Made by a program: the position numbers and the translations under genes. The notes beneath the pieces were generated by a model that was given only the letters and a program-made list of their open reading frames with translations, was not told the origin of the DNA and searched no databases. This document shows positions 9,613 through 20,273 of a stretch of 64,000 nt of DNA, piece after piece. Source of the DNA: an uncultured Bifidobacteriaceae bacterium (GTDB lineage Bacteria; Verrucomicrobiota; Verrucomicrobiia; Limisphaerales; UBA11358); NCBI GenBank assembly GCA_964532525.1, contig CAZHIM010000014.1:19552-83551 (forward strand), written 5' to 3'. Numbering within the stretch: position 1 is the first letter of the stretch; every line of letters begins with the position of its first letter.

Positions 9613-10500
9613 ATGAACGAGCCAATTTTGAGTCTGGACCTGCCGGGGATAAAAAAAATCCGTTCGGGCAAGGTGCGGGAAGTTTTCGACCTGGGCGACC
9701 GTTTGCTGATGGTGGCCAGCGACCGCATTTCGGCCTTTGACGTGATCATGCCCAACGGCATTCCCCGCAAGGGCGAGGTGCTCACGCAGATCTCGCATTT
9801 CTGGTTCGAGAAATTTTCCGGCCTGGTGCCCAATCACCTGCTTGCCCGCGCCAATGATCCGCTGCCGCCGACCCTCCGGCCGTTTGCGGCGCAGCTCGCG
9901 GGGCGTTCGATGATCGTCAAGAAGGCCAAGCCGCTGGCCATCGAGTGCATCGTGCGCGGCTATCTTTCGGGCAGCGGCTGGAAGGAATACCAGAAATCGC
10001 AGACCGTCTGCGGTATCCACCTGCCGGCGGGCCTCACGGAATCGGCCGAGCTGCCGGAGCCGATTTTCACGCCGTCCACCAAGGCGGAGGCGGGCCATGA
10101 CGAGAACATTTCGTTCGACGCGGCATGCCGGATCACGGGAAAAGAGATTGCCACACAGGCGCGCGACCTGAGCCTGAAGATTTACCGGGCCGGGCGGGAT
10201 TACGCCCGCCAGCGCGGCATCATCATTGCGGACACCAAGTTCGAGTTCGGGCTGTTCGAAGGACGCCTGATCCTGATTGACGAGGTGCTCACGCCGGATT
10301 CCTCACGCTTCTGGCCCGCCGACCAATACGCGCCGGGCCGGGGCCAGCCGAGCTTCGACAAACAATTTGTGCGCGATTACCTCGAAACGCTCGACTGGGA
10401 CAAGACGCCGCCGGGGCCGCGGCTGCCCGCTGACGTGGTGGCCAAGACCACGGCCAAGTACCTGGACGCCTACGAACGGTTGACGGGCAAAAAGCTATGA
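9613..10500 (+). CDS. purC: Phosphoribosylaminoimidazole-succinocarboxamide (SAICAR) synthase
   Basis: IRSGKVREVFDLGDRLLMVASDRISAFDVIMPNGIPRKGEVLTQIS...IIIADTKFEFG, full-length PurC pattern. ATG at 9613; the track start at 9604 is TTG. Confidence 0.95.
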   Translation: MNEPILSLDLPGIKKIRSGKVREVFDLGDRLLMVASDRISAFDVIMPNGIPRKGEVLTQISHFWFEKFSGLVPNHLLARANDPLPPTLRPFAAQLAGRSMIVKKAKPLAIECIVRGYLSGSGWKEYQKSQTVCGIHLPAGLTESAELPEPIFTPSTKAEAGHDENISFDAACRITGKEIATQARDLSLKIYRAGRDYARQRGIIIADTKFEFGLFEGRLILIDEVLTPDSSRFWPADQYAPGRGQPSFDKQFVRDYLETLDWDKTPPGPRLPADVVAKTTAKYLDAYERLTGKKL

Positions 10501-10733
10501 CGCCGCGCTGAATTGCGCGGTTGGAAGCGGTTGTGCGATCAGGCGCCGCCGGACTTGGATGGGTTGCCGGCGGCGTCGTTTTGTATCATGAGCCGGCCTC
10601 CCGCCGGCCCAGCCGGACGCCGCTGTCGCCGTTTCATGCGACTGCCGGAAAATCCCCCGGCCACTAGATTTCTAAAACATGTCCCACGCATCCTCCGCCC
10701 GTCCGCCCTGCCGGATGCGGCCCCCTACGCCCA

Positions 10734-13700
10734 ATGACCACCCACTTGTTTCGTGAGAGCCGCCCAGCCCGCCCAAAAAACACGCCCGGTTTGCGCGGAG
10801 TGAAACCCTTGGACCCGCGCCGGTTGGCGGGGCGCGGACGCATTCTGGCGCTCGGTCTGGCTCTGCTCCTGCCGGCGCTGTCCGCCGCCGCCTACAGCGG
10901 TGCCGCGGTGCCGTGGACCACTTACGAGGCGGAAAACATGACCATCAGCGGCGGCACGATTCTGGGGCCGCAGTACGGCACCGGTGAGGTGGCGTCGGAA
11001 GCTTCCGGCCGGGAGTGCGTGCAGCTCAACGCGACCGGCCAGTACGTGCAATTCACCGCCCAGTCCGCGGCCAACGCCCTCGTCGTGCGCTACAGCGTGC
11101 CGGATACCGCCAACGGCTTGGGCACCAATTACACGCTCAGCCTGTACACCAACGGTGTGTTCGTGGAGGAGCTGCCGGTCACCTCCCAGTATTCGTGGCT
11201 TTATGGCGCCTATCCGTTTACAAACAATCCCACCGCCGGTTCGCCGCGGAATTTCTACGATGAGGTGCGCACCAACGGTTTGAACATCAATCCCGGTGAC
11301 GTCATTCGCCTGGAAAAGGGCGGCGCCGATACGGCGGCCACTTATGACATTGATCTGGTGGATTTGGAAAACGTGGCGGCGCCGGGCGCCGCGCCGGCCA
11401 GTTCCCTGTCCATCATGAGCTATGGCGCCGCGGGTAATGGCGTGAGCGATGACACGACGGCGCTGCAAAATTGCATAGCCGCCGCCATCAGCCAGGGCAA
11501 AACCGTGTGGCTGCCGCCAGGCTTTTACAAGATCACCTCGTCCATCAACCTGCCTTCCAACCTCACCCTTCAGGGCGCGGGCATGTGGTATTCCTCGCTG
11601 GTGGGCGACCCGGTGCTGTACACGAACTCGGCCCGGCGCGTCACCCTCAACGGCGCGGGCTCCAACATCCATTTGTCCGACTTTGCCATCGTGGGGAAAT
11701 TGAATTACCGGAATGACAACGAACCGAATGACGGCTTGGGCGGTTCCTATGGCACGGGCTCAACCATCAGCCGGGTGTGGGTGGAGCATACCAAGACCGG
11801 CGCGTGGCTGGTCAACTCCAGCGGCCTGGTGGTGGACAGTTGCCGGTTTCGCGACACCGTCGCCGACGGCATCAACCTCTGCGTGGGCATGGCGAACACC
11901 GTCGTCACCAACTGCGCGGCCCGCGGGACGGGCGATGACTGCTTCCCCATCTGGCCGGCCACGTACACGTCGCAGGCCTATTCACCCGGGAACAATCTCA
12001 TCACGCATTGCACGGCGGTGGTGCCGTTCCTGGCCAACGGCGGGGCCATTTACGGCGGCGTGGGCAACTCCATCCAGGACTGCCAGTTTTTCGACATCAC
12101 TTATGGTTGCGGCGTCCTGTTGAGCACGACGTTTGCGGTGGGCACCAACAGCATCAGCGGGAACACGAGCGTCCAGCGCTGCGACCTCATTCGCTGCGGC
12201 GGCTATGATCCCGGCTATCAATGGCGCGCTGCGCTGCAATTCTGCCTGGACACCTATGCCAACGGCATTTCCGGGGTGACGCTCAACAGCTTGAACATCA
12301 CCAACAGCGTCTCGGACGGGATGAGCGTGATTGGCGGCACCGGCACGCTGGCCAACACGGTGGCCGGCGGCGTGAGTATTCCCAATTACGGCATCGGGAC
12401 CGGCGGGCGAAACGCCCTGTGGGCGCGCAACGACGCGGTGGGCAGCATGACGTTGAGCAACTCGCCGGTCGTGGAATATCTGGACGCCTCCTCCCAATTC
12501 ACCTTCCACTTTGTGACCAACACCATCATCAGCGTGACCGTGCAAGCGAGCGTCGCAGGGCTGGCCTTTGCGGTGGACGGCACCAATTACACGGTCGCCC
12601 AGACCTTTCTCTGGACGCCCGGGTCCAGTCACACGCTGGCCACCACGGCGGTCCAAGACCCGGGCGCTGGAAGCCAATATGTCTGGAGTTCGTGGAGCGA
12701 TGGCGGGGCCATTTCGCACACCATCACCCCGAATGTGGGCGCCACGTACACCGCCAATTTTAATTTGCAGTACTATCTCACCATGGCCGCCGGGCCGGGC
12801 GGCAGCGTGTCGCCGGGCAGCTTGTGGAGCAATAGCGGCACGGTGGTGGACCTCAGCGCCACCGCGTCGAACGGCTTCAATTTTAGCGGCTGGATCGGCA
12901 GCGGCAGCGGATCCTATTCGGGGGGCAGCAGTGCCGCCTCGGTGACCCTGAACGGGCCGGTGACCGAAACCGCCGGTTTCACGCCCGCGCCGCAGGCGGC
13001 CACGCTGGCGTTTGTGCAGCAGCCGGGGAATGTGCTCCCGGGCGCCACGATCGTTCCGGAAGTCCAAGTGGAGGCGTTTGACGGCAGCGGCATCCCGCTG
13101 GCCAATGAGAACGTCGTCATCTCGCTGGGCAGCGGCACGGGCACCCTGGCCGGCACGTTGACGCGTCTGAGCGATGCGGGCGGGATTGCGCATTTCAATG
13201 ATTTAAACCTAAGCCAACCCGGTCCGAAAACGCTCACGGCCACCGCCGCCACCGGCACCGCCCCGCCCGTCAACAGCAACCCGTTCATGGTAATTGGGGC
13301 CGTGTCGGGACTGGCGTTCGCGGTTCAGCCCGGTCTGGCGGTGGCCGGCGTCGCCTTCGGCCAGCAGCCGGTGCTCGAAACCGTGGATGCGTATGGGAAT
13401 CCCTCCACCACCGGGCTGCCGGCCAGCTTGCTGGTGGCGGTGTCCCTGACCAACGGCAGCGGCACTCTGTTGGGCGCCGGTACCAACGACATCGGAACCG
13501 GCGCCGGCAACGGCGTAATATCCTTTGCGGGGCTGGCCATTAACACCGCCGGCACCGGCGATCAGCTCGTGGCCTCCACCACCGCGGCGCCCGGCAACCC
13601 CGTCGTGGGTGCCGTCTTGTGGCTGGACGCGAGCGATCCCACGACGTTGTCCACGAACGCCACCAAGGTCCAGGCCTGGAAAAACAAGGGCGCGGGCGGG

Positions 13701-14672
13701 GCGGGCGCCGTCGGCACCAATCTCTGGTTCACGCAAAACACGGCCGCCTTGCAGCCCGCGCTGACGAGTCAATTGAATGGCAGGCCGGTGATCACCTTCA
13801 ATAAAAACGGCAACGGCTACAGCGCCGGCTGCACCTACTTGGGCAACCTCGGCCAGCATTCGTACACCAACAGCGGCAATCAGATGAGTTACTTTGTGGT
13901 GGCGCGCCAATCGGAAAACACCTACGGCTGGCAGGCCCCGGTGAGCTTCAGCACCAACGGCCAGACCGACGGCCAGGGCGCGGCCGGGGTGGTGGTCTTG
14001 AGCGACGGCAGCCAGTCCGCCCCGTTTCCCATGGGCATTCAGCGCGACCATCCGGCCACGCCCATGCAGGCGGATGTGGCCGTGCCCGCCGCGAACACGC
14101 CCTTTGAGCTTTCCTTCGTGGACAATGCCGGCGCGGCGACGCTTTGTCTGACCGCGCCCGGCGGGGTTTTCAGCAGCAACAACGCGAGCATCGTCAACGG
14201 CATCAGCCCCTACCGCTACGGCATCAGCGATGTGGCCATCGGCGGACGGTTGGAGCCGGACCCGGGCACCGTGGACAATGGCTGGGATGGCGACGTGGCC
14301 GAGGTGCTGGTGTACAACACCGCGCTGAGCGCCGCGTCGCGGGTGGCGGTGGAGAATTACCTGACCAACAAATGGTTTTCGGCCAACGGCGGATTGCTCT
14401 TGAGCGCGGTGAGCGCGCCGTTCACCGTCCAGCCCGCCACGCCGCCGAGCCTGGGGATTCTCAACGTGGGGATCAGCGGCGGTGGCGCGGCGACGTTCAC
14501 CTATGCCACGGCGCCCGGCTACCCGTATCACGTGGTGACCACCACCAATCTGACCGCCGGTTGGACGCCCGTGGCCGGCAGCCAGACCAATGCCACCGGC
14601 GCGGCCGTAATCTTTACCGACCCGGGCCAGCCCGGCAGCCCGCAACGGTATTACCGGACGGTCTCGCCGTAG
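10734..14672 (+). CDS. Secreted right-handed beta-helix (pectate-lyase-fold, glycosidase-like) protein with InlB-B-repeat-like, Ig-like and LamG-like domains
   Basis: Signal peptide, then an N-terminal carbohydrate-binding-like module (YEAENMTISGG...). The beta-helix opener is YGAAGNGVSDDTTALQNCIAA. A GGSVSPG...FNFSGWIG repeat follows, and there is a late LamG-like segment (DVAEVLVYNTALSAASRVAVENYLTNKWF). Confidence 0.8.
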   Translation: MTTHLFRESRPARPKNTPGLRGVKPLDPRRLAGRGRILALGLALLLPALSAAAYSGAAVPWTTYEAENMTISGGTILGPQYGTGEVASEASGRECVQLNATGQYVQFTAQSAANALVVRYSVPDTANGLGTNYTLSLYTNGVFVEELPVTSQYSWLYGAYPFTNNPTAGSPRNFYDEVRTNGLNINPGDVIRLEKGGADTAATYDIDLVDLENVAAPGAAPASSLSIMSYGAAGNGVSDDTTALQNCIAAAISQGKTVWLPPGFYKITSSINLPSNLTLQGAGMWYSSLVGDPVLYTNSARRVTLNGAGSNIHLSDFAIVGKLNYRNDNEPNDGLGGSYGTGSTISRVWVEHTKTGAWLVNSSGLVVDSCRFRDTVADGINLCVGMANTVVTNCAARGTGDDCFPIWPATYTSQAYSPGNNLITHCTAVVPFLANGGAIYGGVGNSIQDCQFFDITYGCGVLLSTTFAVGTNSISGNTSVQRCDLIRCGGYDPGYQWRAALQFCLDTYANGISGVTLNSLNITNSVSDGMSVIGGTGTLANTVAGGVSIPNYGIGTGGRNALWARNDAVGSMTLSNSPVVEYLDASSQFTFHFVTNTIISVTVQASVAGLAFAVDGTNYTVAQTFLWTPGSSHTLATTAVQDPGAGSQYVWSSWSDGGAISHTITPNVGATYTANFNLQYYLTMAAGPGGSVSPGSLWSNSGTVVDLSATASNGFNFSGWIGSGSGSYSGGSSAASVTLNGPVTETAGFTPAPQAATLAFVQQPGNVLPGATIVPEVQVEAFDGSGIPLANENVVISLGSGTGTLAGTLTRLSDAGGIAHFNDLNLSQPGPKTLTATAATGTAPPVNSNPFMVIGAVSGLAFAVQPGLAVAGVAFGQQPVLETVDAYGNPSTTGLPASLLVAVSLTNGSGTLLGAGTNDIGTGAGNGVISFAGLAINTAGTGDQLVASTTAAPGNPVVGAVLWLDASDPTTLSTNATKVQAWKNKGAGGAGAVGTNLWFTQNTAALQPALTSQLNGRPVITFNKNGNGYSAGCTYLGNLGQHSYTNSGNQMSYFVVARQSENTYGWQAPVSFSTNGQTDGQGAAGVVVLSDGSQSAPFPMGIQRDHPATPMQADVAVPAANTPFELSFVDNAGAATLCLTAPGGVFSSNNASIVNGISPYRYGISDVAIGGRLEPDPGTVDNGWDGDVAEVLVYNTALSAASRVAVENYLTNKWFSANGGLLLSAVSAPFTVQPATPPSLGILNVGISGGGAATFTYATAPGYPYHVVTTTNLTAGWTPVAGSQTNATGAAVIFTDPGQPGSPQRYYRTVSP

Positions 14673-14678
14673 GGTTAA

Positions 14679-17600
14679 TCAGCGAAACTCCAGATAAGCG
14701 CGGCTGCCATCCCGGCGCAAGGTCTCGGCGCCGCCCACGGTGACGAAAATTCTCGCCGGCTCGACTTTGCCGGTATCCAGCAGGTACGCCTGCACGGCCC
14801 GGGCGCGGCGGGCGGCGAGCGCTTCAAAATCGGCTTCGTTCACCGGGAAGGTGGCCAGCAACAGCGCCTCGGATGGCGTGGGAGGCGGGTCGAGTTTGGT
14901 GACCGGTTTGGCCGCGTTGCCGGTCTGGCCGGCCGCCTTCGGCCGGCGGGAGAGGAGCACTGCGGCGCCCTTTTTGACCGAGGGCTGGCGGGCCAGTTGC
15001 TCGGCGGCATAGGCGACGAGATTCGAGTTGGCGGCGACCAGCGCGGGCGTGATTTTTTTGGCGGCGAAGGCCTCGCGGAAAAGTTTCTCCACGTAGCGCT
15101 CGCGCTCGTCAGCCGGGACGACGACTTGGTCCACGGAGTTGGTCGCGCGCACGGATTTGCGGAGCTTGGCCCAGAGGCGGGCGCGGATTTCATGGTCCAG
15201 CGCGGCGCGCTCCAGGCCTTCGCGGTCGCCTTCGGGGTCAATGCTGCCGGCGATGGCGAGCTGCAACGCCGGGCGCGCGTAGAGGGCGCGGGCCAGCGAG
15301 TCCAGCTTCTGCCGGTCCGCGGCGGTCAAGTCCGCGCCGCCGGCGGCGAAGTCCTGCCAGCCCAGCTCCTCACCCCCGCCGCCAAACGCCGCGCCCAGCA
15401 GCGAGAATGGCGAGGTGGCCACCTTTTCCAGAATATTCAGGACGGCGCGGGTGATCACCTTGCCCAGGTGAAATTTAGGGTCGTCCAAGTTGCCGCCAAT
15501 GGGCACATCCAGCACTATTTTCCCGTCCCGGTCCTTCAAGATGGCCACGGCCAGGCGCACGGGCAGGTGCGTGGCGTCGGGACTGTTCACCTTGTCGCCA
15601 AACGTGAAATGGTCGAGGGTGATCACGTTTTTGGAGGACAGGTTCCGGCCGACCAGTTGATATTGGAGTTCCAGGTTCAGTTTGCCTTCGGCGATGCCGT
15701 AGCCGGCGAATTTGCCCGCGTACGGGCTGGCCGGCGTGAGATCCACGTCCTGCACGGAGATTTTCAGGTCGTTGGTCTGGGTGTTCTTGAGGGGATTGAT
15801 GGTGCCGGTGATGGCTGCAGGGCCGATGCCATCCACCATGGCGCTGAGATTGACGACGCCATGCTCCAGTTCCTCGGTGGAAAGGTTGGCGATGGAGCCG
15901 TCCACCGATTGCACGGCCAGGTTCACGGGCGGCGCCACCGACAGGTCGGTAAAATGGAAGCTGGTATTGGTGATGACCACGGTCCCGATGGAAATCTGGA
16001 TGGGCGGATTGGTGGTTCCCGCGGCGGCGGCGGGCGGGACGCCGTTGGTGGCGGGCGCGGCGGCGCCGGCGGGGTGGAGGACGTTGACGAGGTTGATGGT
16101 GTGGTTGGTTTCCACGACCAGCCGGGCGTAGGCGTTGTCCGCCACGATTTCGCGCACGGCGACGAGTGGCGGATTCAGGTTGACGACGATGCCGTTGAAG
16201 CGCAGGGCATCCCATTTCACCAGGTCTTCGCCAAGCACGCCGTCCACGGTGCGAAAATGCTCGAGGCTGGCGTCGCCGTTGAAGGAGACGACGGGCAGAT
16301 TGTTGACCTGCGGGCGCAGGCGCACGGTGCCGTGCAAATTCACTTCGCTGCCGAGGATGTACAGATTGAGCTGGGAGGCCAGATAAGCGTCGAGCGTGGT
16401 GAGATCCAGACGGTCCACGTCCACGTTGACGTCGGCGGTGGCGGGCTGGAAGCCGACGTCGGCGGCGATGTGAATGGCGCCGTTGGTGTTCCAGCGCAGG
16501 GAGAAATCCGCGCTGAAGTTGGTGCCGGGCAGGTTGGAGAGATCTTTGGCGGTGAGGGAGATGTCACTCAGGTCGAGCCGCGCGGGGCGCGGGTTGGCGC
16601 GGTCATCCAGGTGCAGCGCGCAATTGGTGGCGTTGATTTCATGGATGGTGGCGGACCATTGATTGGTGCTGGCGAGCAGGAGGGACACGGCATTGGTCAC
16701 GGAGCGGAGCAGGAACAGGATGCCGCCCGGGGCATTGGTGGCGGAGGCCGCGGGCCGGGAAAGCTCCACCAAATTCACCGTGGCGCTGGGATCGCGTTGC
16801 ACGAGCGCCCGGGCGCCGTCCAGCCACACGGCCCCCACGTTGGCCACATGGTTTTGCAAATCCACATTGGCGTCCAAAACGGAGAAGAGCGGCACCTCCA
16901 CCAGGTTCCGGCGGTCGCCCGCCACGCCGAGCTTGAAATCACTGAGCGAGCACGCCAGGTCTTCCACGGCGGCGACGCGGTTGGTGGCGCTGAATTCCAC
17001 GCGGTACTTGGTGTCCAGCGCGATGGAGCCGTCGCGGACCTCGAAGCGCAGGAGGTCCTGGTAGAGCGGGGCGTACTTGGTGAGGGAGAAATGGAACAGT
17101 TGCAAACGCCCCTCCGAGCGCAGCGGCGAGAGGGAGAAGAAGCCGCTCCAGGAGATCGTCTCGCCGGCGTCGGTGGTGCCGGTGAAGGCGTAGGGATTCT
17201 TGTTGCCGGGCTCGGTGCGGAACTGGTTCAGGGTGATATCCAGCGGGCCGAGCTGGCGTTTGAAGGGCTGGCGCGGCGTCAAATCGGCCAAGGCGGCGGT
17301 GGCGCCGCCGATGTGCAGGCGGCCCACATGCACTTCCAGGGGCCGGGCGGGCGCGGTTTTGGCGGCGGGGGCGTTGGTGGAAAATTTCGTGACGAGGTCG
17401 GAAAAATTGAAGGTGCCGTCCCGGTTCATGCGCACGCGGATAAAGGGCCGGGACGCGCTGATCTCCTGGAACACCCAGGCGTGCCCCAGGAAGGACGAGA
17501 GCTGCAAATTGACGTAGAGATTGTCCCAGGAGACGAACGGTTGGCCGTCGGGGTCCTTGATGAGCAGGCCGTGGATGGAAACGGAGAGGACGAAGGGATT

Positions 17601-17786
17601 GATGACGACGCGATCAATGGAGACCGGGCGGCCGAGCTGGCGGGAGAGCTGGGTGACGGCTTCGTAGCGGACGATGGGCGGCAGGACGAGGAAGCCGATG
17701 ATGGCGTAAACCAGCGCGAGTCGGAAGGCCCAAAGCAGGAGCTTGCGATTCCGCGGTGTCCACTGTTCCCAAAAGCGTGCCTTCAT
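14679..17786 (-). CDS. DUF748 (AsmA-like) domain-containing protein
   Basis: N-terminal TM helix followed by PPIVRYEAVTQLSRQLGRPVSIDRVVINPFVLSVSIHGLLIKDPDG and repeated DUF748-type segments. ATG at 17786. Confidence 0.75.
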   Translation of the reverse strand: MKARFWEQWTPRNRKLLLWAFRLALVYAIIGFLVLPPIVRYEAVTQLSRQLGRPVSIDRVVINPFVLSVSIHGLLIKDPDGQPFVSWDNLYVNLQLSSFLGHAWVFQEISASRPFIRVRMNRDGTFNFSDLVTKFSTNAPAAKTAPARPLEVHVGRLHIGGATAALADLTPRQPFKRQLGPLDITLNQFRTEPGNKNPYAFTGTTDAGETISWSGFFSLSPLRSEGRLQLFHFSLTKYAPLYQDLLRFEVRDGSIALDTKYRVEFSATNRVAAVEDLACSLSDFKLGVAGDRRNLVEVPLFSVLDANVDLQNHVANVGAVWLDGARALVQRDPSATVNLVELSRPAASATNAPGGILFLLRSVTNAVSLLLASTNQWSATIHEINATNCALHLDDRANPRPARLDLSDISLTAKDLSNLPGTNFSADFSLRWNTNGAIHIAADVGFQPATADVNVDVDRLDLTTLDAYLASQLNLYILGSEVNLHGTVRLRPQVNNLPVVSFNGDASLEHFRTVDGVLGEDLVKWDALRFNGIVVNLNPPLVAVREIVADNAYARLVVETNHTINLVNVLHPAGAAAPATNGVPPAAAAGTTNPPIQISIGTVVITNTSFHFTDLSVAPPVNLAVQSVDGSIANLSTEELEHGVVNLSAMVDGIGPAAITGTINPLKNTQTNDLKISVQDVDLTPASPYAGKFAGYGIAEGKLNLELQYQLVGRNLSSKNVITLDHFTFGDKVNSPDATHLPVRLAVAILKDRDGKIVLDVPIGGNLDDPKFHLGKVITRAVLNILEKVATSPFSLLGAAFGGGGEELGWQDFAAGGADLTAADRQKLDSLARALYARPALQLAIAGSIDPEGDREGLERAALDHEIRARLWAKLRKSVRATNSVDQVVVPADERERYVEKLFREAFAAKKITPALVAANSNLVAYAAEQLARQPSVKKGAAVLLSRRPKAAGQTGNAAKPVTKLDPPPTPSEALLLATFPVNEADFEALAARRARAVQAYLLDTGKVEPARIFVTVGGAETLRRDGSRAYLEFR

Positions 17787-17840
17787 AAGTGCTCCGCGCA
17801 CAGCTTCCTTGCAAATGCGGCGCCCGTCAACCTTTTCGCG

Positions 17841-19160
17841 TCAGATCGCAAAGTCGGTGTATTCGGGCTGCAAGGTTTCGGTGGGGGGGGCGAGCAGGCC
17901 GGCGGCCACCGTGGCGTTGGTGCCCTGCTCGATCAGGATGAACGAGCCGGTCAGGCGGTTGGTGGTGTAGCCGTCAAAGATGAGGGGCTTGGCGGTGCGC
18001 AGCTTGACGGTGCCGATGTCGTTCATGGCCAGCGAGCCGTCGGCGGGCTCGGATTCCAGGGTGTCGAAATTGATCTTGCTTTCGATCTGGGTGATGAGGG
18101 CCTGGACCGTCTGCGTGGTGTGCTTGAGCAGGTACTTTTTGCCCGGCTGCAAGGGCCGCGGGTGCATCCAGCAGATCCGCGCGACGGGTTCCGCGCTGCT
18201 GCCCGGCAGGTTTTCCAGGCCCACGATCATGTCGCCCCGGCTGACGTCAATGTCGTGTTCGAGACACAGGGTGACGGACTGCGGGCAGAAGGCCTCGGCC
18301 AGCGAGCCGTTGTAGGTCCACACATCCTTGACGCTGGTTTTGATGCCGGCGGGCAGGACGATCACCTGCTGGCCCTTGCGCACGATGCCGCTGGCGATCA
18401 TGCCGCTGAGCCCGCGGAAATCATGCAGGGTGGGGTCGGTGGGATTGTTGGGCCGGTTGACCCACTGCACGGGAAAGCGGAAGGACGTCATGTTCCAATC
18501 GCTGGCGATGTGGACGTTTTCCAGGTGCCGGAGCAGGGTGGGGCCCTCATACCAGGGCGTGTGGCGCGAGCCGTCCACCACGTTGTCGCCGTTGAGGGCG
18601 CTCAGGGGAATGAATTTGACATCGCGGAAGACGTCCAGCCGGGGCAGGAAATCCTCGATCTCGTCGCGGATTTCGCGGAAGCGGTCCTGCTTCCAATCCA
18701 CCAAGTCCATTTTGTTCACGGCGATGATGAGGTGGGGGATGCCGAGCAGGGCGGCGATGTAGGTATGGCGGCGGGTCTGCTCGATGACGCCCAGGCGCGC
18801 GTCCACGAGCACCACCGAAAGGTTCGCGGTGCTGGCCCCGGTGACCATGTTGCGGGTGTACTGCACATGGCCGGGGGTGTCGGCGACGATGAACTTGCGC
18901 TTGGGGGTGGCGAAGTAGCGGTAGGCCACGTCAATGGTGATGCCCTGCTCGCGTTCGGCGCGCAGACCGTCGGTGAGGTTGGCCAGGTTGATATGGCCGC
19001 CGCCGGTGATGTCGGCGGATTTTTCCAGCGCGGCGACCTGGTCTTCCATCAGCGACTTGGAATCGTACAGCAGGCGGCCGATGAGGGTGGATTTGCCGTC
19101 GTCAACGCTGCCGCAGGTGTTGAAGCGGAGGAGTTCGATGGGATGCTCGGTGGATGGCAT
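17841..19160 (-). CDS. cysN: Sulfate adenylyltransferase subunit 1 (GTPase only, no APS-kinase domain)
   Basis: The internal ATG at 19160 gives MPSTEHPIELLRFNTCGSVDDGKSTLIGRLL...DTPGH...NKMD. The track ORF (to 19472) adds an Arg-rich artefactual extension. Confidence 0.9.
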   Translation of the reverse strand: MPSTEHPIELLRFNTCGSVDDGKSTLIGRLLYDSKSLMEDQVAALEKSADITGGGHINLANLTDGLRAEREQGITIDVAYRYFATPKRKFIVADTPGHVQYTRNMVTGASTANLSVVLVDARLGVIEQTRRHTYIAALLGIPHLIIAVNKMDLVDWKQDRFREIRDEIEDFLPRLDVFRDVKFIPLSALNGDNVVDGSRHTPWYEGPTLLRHLENVHIASDWNMTSFRFPVQWVNRPNNPTDPTLHDFRGLSGMIASGIVRKGQQVIVLPAGIKTSVKDVWTYNGSLAEAFCPQSVTLCLEHDIDVSRGDMIVGLENLPGSSAEPVARICWMHPRPLQPGKKYLLKHTTQTVQALITQIESKINFDTLESEPADGSLAMNDIGTVKLRTAKPLIFDGYTTNRLTGSFILIEQGTNATVAAGLLAPPTETLQPEYTDFAI

Positions 19161-19195
19161 GGGACAAAAGCTGGGTGGCGCGGTGGAAATGGGAT

Positions 19196-20134
19196 TCAAA
19201 AATACCCCGCTTTCTTGCGGTCTTCCATGGCGGCCTCGCCGACCTTGTCGTCGGCGCGGGTGCCGCGCTCGGTCACGCGGGCGGCGCCCACTTCGGCGAT
19301 GATGTCCTCCACGCTGTCGGCGCGCGACTCGATCATGCCGGTGCTGATCATGTCGGCAATGGTGCGGACGCGGACGACGAGTTTTTTGACGACGTCCGTG
19401 GGTTTGGGCCGCGCGCCCCGGTAGGGATCGGGCCGGCCGTTCTCGGCGTGGACCGGCGGCACGGGCAGCCACTGGCCGTTATGGCGGAAGCATTCGCGTT
19501 CGTGGCTGAAATAGATGGACGGCACGGCGAGCTGCTCCTTGCGGACGTATTCCCAGACGTCCATCTCGGTCCAGTTGGACAGGGGGAAGACGCGCATGTT
19601 TTCGCCGGGATTGACGCGGGCGTTGTAGAGGTTCCAGATTTCCGGGCGCTGGTTTTTGGGATCCCACTGGCCGAAGGAATCGCGGTAGCTGAAAAAGCGC
19701 TCCTTGGCGCGGGCTTTTTCCTCGTCGCGCCGGGCGCCGCCAATGCAGCAGTCGAAGCGGAACTCCTCGATGGCGCCGAGCAGGGCGGGAGTCTGGAGCT
19801 TGTTGCGGCTGATTTCGCCCGGCACGGGCTGGGCGAGCCCCTTGGCGATGGCTTGCTCCACAGTGCGCACAATGAGTTTGACGCCGAGTTGGTGGGCGCG
19901 GAAATCGCGGAACTGGATCAGCTCGGGAAACTCGTGGCCGGTCTCGATGTTGAGGAACGGCAGGGGAATGTCCGACGGCCGGAAGGCCTTTTCAGCGAGG
20001 CGCACCAGGCAGAGGGAATCCTTGCCGCCGGAAAAGAGCAGGGCGGGACGTTCAAACTCCGCGGCCACTTCACGCATCACGTGAATCGCCTCGGTTTCGA
20101 GAAGCTGCAAATGATCAAGATGATAACTGCTCAT
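19196..20134 (-). CDS. cysD: Sulfate adenylyltransferase subunit 2
   Basis: LLFSGGKDSLCLVRLAEKAF... PP-loop ATP pyrophosphatase pattern, at CysD length. Confidence 0.95.
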   Translation of the reverse strand: MSSYHLDHLQLLETEAIHVMREVAAEFERPALLFSGGKDSLCLVRLAEKAFRPSDIPLPFLNIETGHEFPELIQFRDFRAHQLGVKLIVRTVEQAIAKGLAQPVPGEISRNKLQTPALLGAIEEFRFDCCIGGARRDEEKARAKERFFSYRDSFGQWDPKNQRPEIWNLYNARVNPGENMRVFPLSNWTEMDVWEYVRKEQLAVPSIYFSHERECFRHNGQWLPVPPVHAENGRPDPYRGARPKPTDVVKKLVVRVRTIADMISTGMIESRADSVEDIIAEVGAARVTERGTRADDKVGEAAMEDRKKAGYF

Positions 20135-20185
20135 TTCAGATATATAACCAGAGACCAGCCCGGATAAAAAGCGGATTCATGGCAT

Positions 20186-20273
20186 GGGCTTCCAGACCCG
20201 CAAACGCCACGCAGTTGCGCCACCCTGCCGATTTGGAAATCGGCGATACAGCAGGTTGGGAAACCTGCGCCAC
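20186..20273. repeat. REP-like element made of ~18-nt palindromes (family A), inside the cys operon
   Basis: Perfect palindromes gccgatttggaaatcggc (20227-20244) and gcaggttgggaaacctgc (20251-20268). About 88 nt align by eye at high identity to 30835-30922. Confidence 0.7.

Noticed and set aside
14997-19424. 1475-aa plus-strand ORF. Similar very long ORFs are 50109..54614(+), 35292..39143(-), 32638..35406(-), 7095..8996(+), 3961..5937(+), 20812..22743(+), 41608..42801(-), 43125..44564(-), 45659..46987(-), 47159..48316(-), 13209..14645(-), 11982..13193(-) and 23725..26157(+)
   Set aside because: Each is antisense to a gene with strong family motifs (DUF748/cysN, radical SAM/TMTC, RND pumps, receptors, cysI, kinase, activator, giant exoproteins, GH2). 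Each has Gly/Arg/Asp/His-rich low-complexity composition, so these are stop-codon-poor antisense frames of GC-rich DNA.
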